A stretch of DNA of 64,000 nt from positions 5,358,345 through 5,422,344 of the forward strand of contig OZ199838.1 in the NCBI GenBank assembly GCA_964304625.1. Reading direction: 5' to 3'. Made by a program: the position numbers and the translations under genes. Shown one piece after another: positions 1-11,391 of this stretch. A model generated the notes under the pieces. It ran no database searches and was not told where the DNA came from. It worked only from the letters and a program-made list of their open reading frames with translations. The stretch comes from Kudoa neothunni (Eukaryota > Animalia > Cnidaria). The number at the start of each line of letters is the position of its first letter. Positions within the stretch are counted from its first letter, which is position 1.

Positions 1-2
1 AC

Positions 3-3000
3 CTCGCTGGAAAAGAAAAGATCACAAAGTTTTTGAATAATTATCCAATGACTTTTTATGAAAGCATAACTAAAAACCCAGATTTTTCTATGTTTCTTAG
101 TGATGAATATATAGAAACTCTTCGCAACTTTGAACAGTGGCAAAATACAACTGGCTATACATTCTATTATGTTGAAGCTTGTTTCCATATCTACGGGCAT
201 CATATGGATCGAATCAAACTCGCGATGAAGTCGGCAGAATCTGACAATTTTTTCAGAACTACTATTGAAAAAAATTACGCCGAATTTTTGCAAGTTTTGA
301 ATTCGGAAATAGAAAATACAAATGATTGCAAACACAATTGGGAGAGTAATTCTCAATATATTAATTATTTGGATATTCAAAAGTCTATTCCAACATGCAC
401 CACTACACATAAAAATTATGACATCTTCGAACACATGACTTATAGTTGTAGAATACAAGATCCTATAGATGCAGCTGAATAACTTGACACTAAAGTAAAT
501 GAGGTTATCAATAAATTAAGAGAAGAATTGGAAAAACAAACTCTTTTGTATATGACTAAACTCCAAGAGGATCTTCAGACCTCGTTAACATCCTATTCCA
601 AAGAAAACATTCAGACTTTGACTAACAGTCAGCAGTCATTAAGCGATAATTTGAACTCTAAAAGTGTGAATTCCATGAGTAAATTTCCAATCGATGCACT
701 CAATAAAATGAAATCAGAATTGGAAGACCTTATCACTTTGTATCGTGGTTACATATCTAACGATATCATTGAGAATATCCAACAAAAAATTGATTCCCTA
801 CAAAAATTGTCGGAAAGGTACAATCGGCTGAATAGAGAAAACAACTCTAACCAAGCCTCCCTTACAAAAGTCTTAAGTGATCTTGATGGCGATAGAAAAA
901 ACTTAAATCGGCTGAGTAGTCTCTTTGCTGACCAAACGAGTGTCCACCAAAATCAACTCGCAACTCTTACTGAACTTATGAATAACGGAATATCGTCGCA
1001 AAATATAGATGTAATAATAAAGAAGGTGAGTCAAATAGCAAAGGTCGTTAAAAATCATTTATATACATCACAAAACGATCATGCTCGACAACTAGTTTTT
1101 TTGGAAAATGCACAAAAAGCTATTACCGCTTCTAGCAAAAAATTGGAGAAAAATCTGGAAGCAAGTGAGTTAAAGCTAGAAAGTATGATAAGCGATTTTG
1201 TTAAGAAGCAAACCGACATTAAACATCTAACTGAAGTTATAATACCGGCTGAAGTGAAAAAAATTAATCAAAAGTACCTGAATGATAAAATACCTTTGGA
1301 CAAGGTAACTGAGGTTATGGGAAAAGTTAATGAAATTTTTCAAAATTTGGAATCAACTTTTAAGAGAATAGAGTCTGATTCTTTAACACAAAACTCGAAA
1401 TTAGTTCATATAATAACAAGAATGGGAAATTGTAGCAATAATGTTTCTAAACTTGAGTCAGCGGTTGAGGTCGAAATCGAGTCGATGCGACTTCACAGAT
1501 CTGTGATGATAACTCTTATGGCTGAGAAAATTCCCATCCCACATTTCCCTTTGTATGAACGAATTATGCTAGCAATAGTAGCAGTAAACAAAGATGTAAA
1601 AAAGATAAAGTCGGAACTCCAGCATCTAAATGGTTCTGCGGATGTGTATAAATCACAAATTAAATCAAATAAACACATTATTGATAATCACAAAGCTGAA
1701 ATCGCTACTGTTAGAGAAGTGTTAGAAAGTATTTTGGTTGACATTTTAAAACCTCCTAAGGAATTCCAACAAATCGTAAATAAAAAATTTGTAAGCTTGG
1801 ACTTAAGCAATAGCCTAGCAATAGTTAATACTGAATTAACTAAATTGGCGGGAGATATTGGTAACTTCGAGACAGGGTTGAAAAAAAATATTATTGAGAT
1901 AACTGAATTAGAATCTGCCACTTCCACTACAGAGAATAATATAGAAGAACTTGAAAAATTATTGACTGCAGCAATGAAATCGTTGAGAGAACAAATTAAA
2001 GTGTTTGAAAATTTGGTTGCTGAACTCCAAAAAGCTTATATGGACGCAACCAAACATGAAGAATCAATCCACAATAAGAAGATTCAAATAAAAAAATCAG
2101 AAGAAAATAAAAAAAGAGAAATTTCTATTTCGGCTGAACATGATAAAACTTCTTATCAAAAAGAACGACGCAGAGTTTCTGTTCAAATAAATAATATTAA
2201 AGACATTTTTTCTGTCAAGAAAAATTACTACAAAAATAAGTATAATGTTGAATTGACTAAATTTCAGCAACAATTCTCACAATTTGAGAATAAATGCAAC
2301 GTTATTTTGGAGGAAATGAAATCACAACATAATTTATTTAATCGTCAAGTGAATGATGTGGTTAGGAATATTAATAAGTTAAGTGGCGATTCAGAAATAA
2401 AATATAATAAGGAAGTGACTATAGTTATTGAGAAAAAATTCTCATTGAAACGGTTTTCATCTCAACTCCAAGAAAGTGCCGACCCAGATAGCTATGACAA
2501 CTTGGTATCATCTGGTAGAGCATCTCTATCCTCGTATTATGAGTTCATCAATAAGCACAACGTTGATTTCAACGCGATAATTCAACAAATGTCCAATATG
2601 AGAGTTACAATACCGGATTATAATGTAACAGGAAATAAATTGGATTCGATTTTAACCAACGCTAACAATATATTGAATGAATATGACCGGGAATTGAAAA
2701 ACGAACAAATAAAACTCGATCTAACAAACTTGAAAACGGATGAAAATAAAGAATATCTTGATTCAGCTAATCAAGAGAATAACTTAGTAGAAAAAATAAC
2801 CTTGGCATCAATTGTACCCCCAATAACCAATACATTTGACGAGCTCGTCAAATAAATAACGGAGGAGACAGAAAAACTTGAATCATTCAAAAAGACCTAC
2901 TCTGACCTCAATGTTGTTTTAATTATGAAACAAATGAACCCAGAACTTACAAGTTTAGCTGAAAATTTAATTCACCAAAAAGGTTTGATGTCAGAAAAAA

Positions 3001-5861
3001 TAAATGTTGCAAATCGCAATTACAGCATAATAGAATCTCTCATACAAGATTTTAACACCAAAAAACAAATATTTACATCTATTTTTACTCAAATGAAGGA
3101 TACTGATTCAAAATATATCTCGAAAAGCAAAGAAATCTTGATTTTAGCAAATGACAAAACTTCTTTTGATTCTGCACTACAAGTAACACTGAAAGAAATA
3201 AATGATGATAAAAATGTTATCCTTGAAAGTATTAAAGAGAAATCTGTCTTGTTACATGCCGCTTTTGAAAACATTAGACGATTGGAAAGTGAACATGATC
3301 AACATTCTACACAGCTCACATCTATTACGAATTCCTTATTAGAAATAAAAAATAAATGTGATCCAGAATTAACTTTGTTGAAGGAGGAAAATGAAAAATT
3401 AAGGACATATCTGGAAAATGCCGTAAAAATGATCAATAAAAAGCAAAAAATTATTCCATCATTGGAATCGTTTAATGAAGATCTCAATCCCTTTGAAAAA
3501 ACTTATCCCGAGGAAATAGAAACACAAAAAACAGAAACTTTAGAAATGATTGATAAAGCGTTAAAGTCACTCGAAGAGATACAAACATCAATAATAAATG
3601 ATGAAGTAAAGTTCAAATCAAGTATTGATGCTCTAGCTAAGCAATATCAAATGAACAATGAAACCTTCAATAAAGCAATGAATGAAATAATAACTTCCCA
3701 AAATTACCTATTTTCAGAAAACATGAACCACTGCGATAGGTTTATAGACTCCACAACGACCAGAAAACACAAACTTATCGAAGATTTGAAAAAATTGAAG
3801 GATAAGACCACCCATAACTTCAGTATTGTGTCATTTAAAGTGTTAGGTGACGTGAATAAATTAAATTGCTGTGAAAATTTACTTAAAGGAATAAAATCTA
3901 ATCAACACTGTGATCAAACTGTTGAACAATGTAGTAATTTTATTGGAAGTTATGATGTTAGTATCATCAAAAGCAATGTAATTGCCCTAAAACGAGAGTT
4001 CTACGACGAGCTAAACAATTATAAGCTGGTGGGTAGTGGCGACGACTTTGGACTCAATGCGTTGGATAGAATATCTGAAGAGTCAGACATATTGGAAAAA
4101 AATATGAAAGATTTGAATATAATATTCAAGGAGGAGTTCACAAAAAATGAGGTTGACTTATTGGCTGAATTTATTGATAATTTAAATTCAAATCCTCATA
4201 TATCAGATTTGGCACGCGATCCTATTGCATTCGCCGATAACCATGTACAAAATCAACTTGATAACTACAGAAAAGTTGTTGATGATCATGAAAAAAATTA
4301 CAAAACAGCAAAGGACTTATTTACGGAATTATCATTGAGTTCGAGTCAACTGGCTTCTACAATAGAGAAGGAAAGTAAAAATAATTATATTGTCGAAGAG
4401 GTGCAAAAAAAACCAACGGTATCTGAGATCTTTCAGACTTTTTCAGAGGAATTTAGTAATAACGAGGCATTTGTTACCGATACAAGGAAAAAGATTGATG
4501 ATTTCGAAAATGAAAACAAACAAATATTCGAAAATGTCAAAACCTCCGCGGGACAGTACGCAAAGCTTATGGAACAAATTCGAATGTTTGGCAATCAACT
4601 TGAAGAAATAATAAATCAGGCCATATTCACTGAAAGTGAAAAAATTTTGCAACAGATCGATACTATGAAATCAAGCCTAGCTCCAAAACTAAATGAACTA
4701 GAAACAATTAACAATCAAATGAATGCATTTAAAGCACAAATCGAAGCCCTTAGTCGAAGAATTCATGTTGATGGTAATGATTCGTTAACAAAAATTAAAA
4801 AATTCGACAATGACATTGATCAGAAAAAACAACAAGTAGAATTATTAAAAAAATTGAATTCACTAAATGAATCTTCTACAACTCTTGCTAAAGCCTTTAA
4901 TGAGCTATCTACCTTAAAATCAAAAGTTGTTAGCTTAAAAGATTCTGTTTCAAATTCGAAAGAAGAGTCAACTAGAAAAATCGATTCAAACAAATCAGAG
5001 TTTACTAAATTGGTTGCGAATATAAAAGGTCAATTAAACTCAAAGAAAACCGAAATAGATAACAAGATAAACCAATACATTGAAACTTATCAAAAAGTCA
5101 CTGTTGGTGCTAACAGTGTAAGCACTGATATTCCCAAGGATTTCAACGACAAATATGATGAATACATTAAATTACAAAGTTTGGTATTAACGGAACATTC
5201 CAACGTTATCGACTCTATTGAAAATTATGTTATGAAAGGTAATACTCACTATGCCTCTCAAGAACACTCGATCTCGGGGAAGTATGTTGATTTGACGAGA
5301 AAATGTGACAGTGAGATTGTAAAGATCGATACCCTTACACAAAAAATTACACAGCTTAATCCAGAAAACAACCAGGAGGCGGCAGATAAAGAACATTCAG
5401 AAACAGTAAAATCTCTTGAACAGTTCCTCACAGACAATTCCAATATTGAGTTCAATGTCGATAAATTCAGTGACGTCTTTGACGTTAACTTTAAAACGTT
5501 TACCTCAATGAATGAAGACGATATCAATAAACAAATTCATGATATTAAACAAACTGGCGCAGCTATAGAAAGTTCCATCAAACAACAAGCTAAGGATACT
5601 CACAATGAAGAGGACCAAGCTGGATCAGAGCTAGATTCGACCGACCAATCAAACAGTTCTGATGATAATAACAATTTGAAATATGATACTATTAACGGGG
5701 ACGATAAAAATGTTGCTTCAAACGACTATTATAAAATAATCATCGTATTTGCTGCGATGGCTGCAGTTGTTCTGATTATTGGAGGTGCTACCATATTTTA
5801 TAAACACAAAATAAAGAAGGAAATCTACCAAAAATGCGACAATGTCTACGTTAAACCATAA
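3..5861 (+). pseudogene. Large (~1,950 codons in window) helical/coiled-coil type-I membrane (surface) protein, 5'-truncated by window edge, with two in-frame TAA
   Basis: ORFs 33-482, 528-2855 and 2925-5861 share one frame and the gaps are open; only TAA at 480-482 and 2853-2855 interrupt it. Cys-containing head, K/E/N/Q/L/I-rich stalk, acidic Ser/Asp linker, TM helix IIIVFAAMAAVVLIIGGATIFY, short tail ending YQKCDNVYVKP. Pseudogene status uncertain. Confidence 0.75.
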
Positions 5862-6500
5862 TTATGGTTCGATAGTATACGATGGAAATATTATTATGAT
5901 GAATTTAAGTAATCATTCTTTATTTATATAACGTCTGAATAAGTATTATTATATTGATTCCTTTGTTTTCCTCGTGCGCGCCTCAAATATCCATGAATAT
6001 TCTTATGTAAGTCGATAGCGCAAATGATTAAAAATGAAATGCAGAGAAAATTAGTAATTGCTAAGTTATAAGGATTTCTTAGGTTTGAAGCTTAATACTT
6101 CTTTAATTTATTTAAAATAGATAAGTATCGATTTAACTACCTTAAGAATTTATCGAAAAAGCACATTCGAATTAGTAGAGCAATATTTTTCCTGAAAACT
6201 CGATGTCTACAAAAATCTCCATTAATTCTAAATGAAATGATTAACTTATAATTTCAACTTGCGTTTCAACCTTTCAAAGGAAAAATTGTGTTGAGCACGT
6301 TAAATTTAGAATATATTGCGAAGAAGAAAGATTGTAAAGTTTTACATCTAAAAATACAGAATCTCTACAAATAAAAAGTAATAGTAAATAATATATTCAT
6401 ATTTTATAAATAATCATATATTTTTTTTTATTTATAGCATATTTGTGAATTTTATGAGAAAATTAGCATAAAGCATCAAATATTATGTAGCGTAACAGCC
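5862..6500 (+). repeat. 3' flank duplicated with the surface-protein paralog
   Basis: 5862-~6110 aligns by eye with 22080-~22320, and ~6130-6500 with ~23145-23520; the second copy has ~800 bp of extra sequence in between. Confidence 0.8.
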
Positions 6501-6686
6501 CATAAATAAGAGGAGGTTATTGGGATGGTAAATAATATTTAGGAGTCACTAGTTTTGACTACATCTAATGATTTCTGATCCTTAAACCTCTAAGTGGCTG
6601 AAAAATTTTCACCTTGCAAATAAAAATGAGGTAAAAATCTACTCCACGTTTTTATTTCCTAAAATTGTCATAAAATTTAGCATAAA

Positions 6687-8982
6687 CCCTTCGAACCCCG
6701 AATTTAATTCAATGACTGAAAAATTTTTATTTTCTCATTATGTTAAATTTTAAACGATTTTATATAAAATATCCAAAAATTGGAGCAGTCATTTCAAAAA
6801 TTAAAAAGAAACACACATGGTGCCAAATGGCAACATTGGGACGCGACCTATTTCAAAATGCGGGAGTGCGCATGTGCTCGTCGTTACGTTACTTTGTTTT
6901 TAACCAAGAAATTACTCTTCCACCATCAGAAATGAAATATCAAATTATTGATTACAATTTCACTAGTCCAACAAACAGTTTCTGTTTTTATTGAGGCACA
7001 AATGGACATTACATTTATGCAAATATGTTCAAATAATCTATCATTAAAGAATCGGTTGGAATAAGCGAAACGTTGAAACATAATATCTTCAAATTGTTCA
7101 AAAATATCAGTTGTATCAATATCATTGTTTATTAAATTTTTCGCGTTCCTTGTCTAATTTAAACAGTAGTCATCTTACTCCCCATCACTAGAACGATATT
7201 CGGATACAATGCCATCATATTGACTATACAAAATGGAATCCGATTCTAGTCCAACGTCTGATTTGTGCTCATCTGGTAATAATATGATTTTTTAAAAGTA
7301 TGCTCTATTTATCCCTCCCCTCAATCTAGTCAGAATCCATTCCAAAGTATACAAACGCACTTGAATCTAGGGCCGAACGTTGTTGTGTGACAACGCTCGC
7401 TATACCATACCTCCTGGCCCAACGTTGCCAAACGGAAACATGGATTAATCTGTCCCTATAGTATACATATCAAAAAATATTTTATTCTTAGATTCATTTT
7501 TGGAATAAACTTATTTATTATTATATGTGCATATTTTTTAATTTTACTGAAACCCCAAAATTCCAAGTTCAATTGCAGGATACTTTTAGTCTTTACTTGC
7601 CATAGAGTTGGATATTCATGTGTATTTCTCTTGATATAAAACATACAAATTTTTGTAATTCATTTATATAAAATAAAATTAACATCCTTATCCTCATCTA
7701 CTATCTAATATTTACTATCTACTGTATATATAAAGCTAAAGTGTCCATGTGCGCCAAATTTTTTTCCTTATAGAGTAGAGACATTTATGAAATTTCTTAA
7801 AAATCGCAATGTTTCGAAAAATCTTTAAATCGTTTTCACACTATCAAATGTTCCCAAAAATGTTTAGAAAATGGGGATTCTGTCGATTCGAAGTTTGTTT
7901 ATCAGGTCACTTGAGTTCAACAATAGGATTAACACCTGCTTATGACCTGCTGGTGATCGGTTGAAATTAACTTTCCCCTTTATATGCCCAATAGAACGTT
8001 GATAAACTGCTGGTATCTATCTTTGTGTATAATGTTGGTGTACCAATTTAGGTGTTTTCGCATATACACTTCTTTTGTCGGGAGTTTTAACGTATATGAC
8101 TTGAAAAGTATATTTTGTAAGTTATATTAATGATTTAAAATACGAGAAAAAGTCTATGTTTACATCATTAATAGCGGTTTTTGAAGGAATTCTATAATCA
8201 GATAGATTGAAGCTTTATAATACAAGCACCATGTCCGTAGATTTCATTGAAATTGTCCGCTTTGTTGAACTTTTAGTGATTAACTTCAATGCAGATGGTT
8301 GTAATCTTGCTCCCTCTAATTATATAAATTATTCATGTTGATATTTAAGCGATTTTTAGCTGTTTGTGTTGGGAAAAGTGCACTAATGTTGATGCGGGGC
8401 CAAGCGATGCCAACATTAACAATATCAAAAAATTTCATACGTTTTCTTCTACCTCTATTACTATTTATATTTTTTTATCTCATAAAAAGTTAGTGGTGCA
8501 CACAGTGCCGAGCCGCGAGCCGGACGAGAATTTGACTTCTAAAATCCCTCCGGGTCAAAAAATAACGTTTAGGGTAACATTTTAACTGGATTTAAATATT
8601 TCCGGAATGCAGAAAAATACGGCATTGATAATAAATTATTTATCGTTCGCGCCGAGCCACGAAATTTTTAAATGAATGCAAGGGTTGGACCATTCCTTCA
8701 AAGAAATGATCATAATTTGAATTCCATAATCCAAATCGTTAAAGTATGCTACTTACAAATTTTTAGTTATTTTGTTTCTATGGACTAATTCGAAACTTTA
8801 TTACATTTTTTGCATGCTATTAAAAAACGTATCTATGCGAAATCTTCCCCAAGCAACGCTGAGCAGTTCTCGCTAACTAACTATATTATTATAATAAAGA
8901 TAGATTTAAAAAATGTAATTAAATGGTTAAAACGCTCACAACATCAAAATGTTACCATTTGGCAACATTGGGGTTCAACGGG
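6687..8982 (-). mobile_element. Non-autonomous piggyBac deletion derivative (copy 1), carrying a Helitron insertion
   Basis: Ends CCCTTCGAACCCC / GGGGTTCAACGGG-TTAA; subterminal TGTTGCCA-TTT-GGCAACA-type repeats; minus strand has an acidic N-terminus plus RFFNDRLFEHI joined directly to the Cys-rich tail CNVHLCLNKNRNC. Second copy at 60438-61539. Confidence 0.85.
7685..8876 (+). mobile_element. Non-autonomous Helitron nested in the piggyBac derivative
   Basis: Absent from the 60438-61539 copy (empty site AACA|TTAACTAT); starts TC after an A with (TC/TA)-rich 5' end and TATATATAAAG; ends with hairpin CCCAAGCAACGCTGAG plus CTAA (CTRR); no TSD. Confidence 0.8.
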
Positions 8983-9053
8983 TTAACAAGAAAAAATATA
9001 AGAAAAATTAAAAGGACGAATTTTGATTAAATGTCCAATTATTAAGGTTATAT

Positions 9054-9221
9054 TAGGGGTTCCCAATCGGGGGTGCCCGCACCTTAGGGGATCCGAACTT
9101 TGGTCTCAGGTAGTGCAAGATCAGATCAAAATTTAAAATCATTTTTGATAAATTTTAAGTCAGTTACACCTTACCGTATGCAAAAAGGGGGTGCGAGTCC
9201 AGATTTAGTTGGGAAGCGCTG
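9054..9221. mobile_element. hAT-family MITE (copy 1)
   Basis: TIRs TAGGGGTTCCCAA / TTGGGAAGCGCTG; degenerate 8-bp TSD (GGTTATAT / GGTTAATA); homologous to 54185-54360. Confidence 0.8.
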
Positions 9222-9325
9222 GGTTAATATTGTTCGCGCATGCGCGATATATAAACCATGATACGTTTCAATGTAATTGGATTGTACTTATAAATTTATT
9301 TCTGTGGGTTTTTAATTAAAACAAT

Positions 9326-10894
9326 GGCAATGGGGGAGTACACGCATCACCAAATTCGGCCTTTTCCACATGCTCGCCATTCCCGATTTTATTCAAAAGT
9401 TATTGTATACGATTTTTAAATACTGAAGGAACAGAAAAAATTTCAAAATCATTACACCGAGAAACATGACAACATTTGCCTTCAGGTGAAATGGGGGTGC
9501 TTGTATGCGCATGCGCATTCGGGGGTTCCGTTGTTTTTAACTTTATTTAATCATTCAAAATTTTTGTATGAAGCTAGTTTCGGTAAAATTGGAAAACAAT
9601 AGCCGTAAGCTAAATTAGCGAATACGATAAAAATCGACCTTAAAGATTATTTTTATTTTTTGAAGTTATCGGTGTTTCATTGCCAGTAGGTTACTTCTGG
9701 TGCTCTATTTGTTATTAACTATAATTGCTTTAATCAATTATACATTAAACTCCTACCTCCGCTCTGCTATTTCATCAGACCATATAATTTAAACGATCGA
9801 ATAAGGCATTTCGGGGGTATGATATTTTCTTAACCTTCGTAAGTCTATGCGCAGAAAATATTTTTTCGGCGTTAAAACTTATTAATAAGTACCAAAATTA
9901 ACGGAATGTTTTATTAAAACTAGTTTTTCAGTTGGTATAAATGATTAAGCGTTAATAATTTTTCTGAGCTCGTAAAAAGTAATTACATTGCGAAACGAAA
10001 ATTCATATTGACAATAATATATGATTAGCATGTAGTTTCAGTCATATAAATGCTTCAAAAGGTTATATTGTCGCATAATACTAAATCTATGCATCAACTC
10101 TATTATGAACCATCAAGATTATGTCATTAATATTCATTCATTATTTCCATCTGATAACATTAATTTATATTTTAACACGTTAGTAATTTATAAATTAAAC
10201 AATAACAAAATATTCTCTTTTACAATTTTATGTAAGGTAATAATATTAAAGTTATATAAATGATAATGTATTTCGTAGACATAATTAGAATATCGATATC
10301 TAAAAGTGTCTTTTTATTATCCGAATTAAAAAAAAAGTAAATTTTAGATATTTTTAATTCATTAAGAATAATTGTTAACATAAAATTCCAACGAATATAA
10401 CAATGAAAGAAGCATATAATCATGGGCCATTGTATTTTTAAGATCATTTCGTCAGCAACCAATATTAAGATTTAAAAAAATATATAAACTAAAACTAATA
10501 TAATGTAATATCCCATTAAATTTTTTATTTTAGGAATTGAAATCTAACATATACAAATTGCATTTTCTTCCTTTAACCTTTAAGTATATACCCCCATAAC
10601 AATAATAGGCAGGTTTACATTGATTAAAAAATAATAAAAAGAAACTAGCTGTATACAAATTGTTTTAATGATTAAATCGAGTCAAAACAACGGAACCTCC
10701 AGTGCGCATGCGTTCACAAGCACCCCCACTTCATCTTAAGGCACGTGTTGTCATTTTTTTAAAGATTATGATTTCTAAGTTTTCTGTTTTCGCGCAATAA
10801 TTAAAAATCGTAAATAATAACTTTTGGATAAGATCGGTAATGTCGAGCATGTGGAAAAGGCCGAATTTGGTGATGCGTATACTCCCCCATTACG
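9326..10894. mobile_element. Non-autonomous long-TIR DNA transposon, Merlin-like
   Basis: ~230-bp imperfect TIRs starting GGCAATGGGGGAGTA; 8-bp TSD AAAACAAT at 9318-9325 and 10895-10902; GGNRM terminus plus 8-bp TSD fits Merlin. No transposase seen. Confidence 0.7.
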
Positions 10895-11391
10895 AAAACA
10901 ATAATTCGAATAATGTAACTACTTTAGCTTAATTTATCCTAGATAAAATTTCCATTGCGCATTGCATTCGTGTCGTGTAGGATTAAAATTTCTCGCGCCA
11001 GCAGCGTTTGCCATAAAAATAATGGGATGAATATGCGTATACACAACTTTTAATAAAATAGGATATCTAAATAAAAGATACAGTTGTGTTATGATTAAAC
11101 TCGAACGTTTAAAAGGGGTTGATATAGTTAAAAATTTATATAACTGATTAATTATGAAGCGAATATTTTTTTCAATCATGTACTCAGCAATAGCCTAACA
11201 TTATAGAAGATTAAATAAAGTAATAAATTTATGAGATTCGGATTTATTAAAATAAAAGTTGAAAATCTTTCCAACTGGTAATGACTAAAGAAAATATCAC
11301 ATTCGTACAAAAAATAAAAAATTAACCATTGGCTGGCTGAGATCTACTGTAAAAAATTGCAACACTCAAAAAGTCATCGTATTTATCATGT

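Noticed and set aside
480-482. Genome-wide TAA reassignment (e.g. to Gln)
   Set aside because: TAA terminates RPL13A and DLAT at the expected positions, and the 1388- and 978-codon TOR ORFs contain no in-frame TAA. The aligned stops correspond to different residues (Gln, Tyr).
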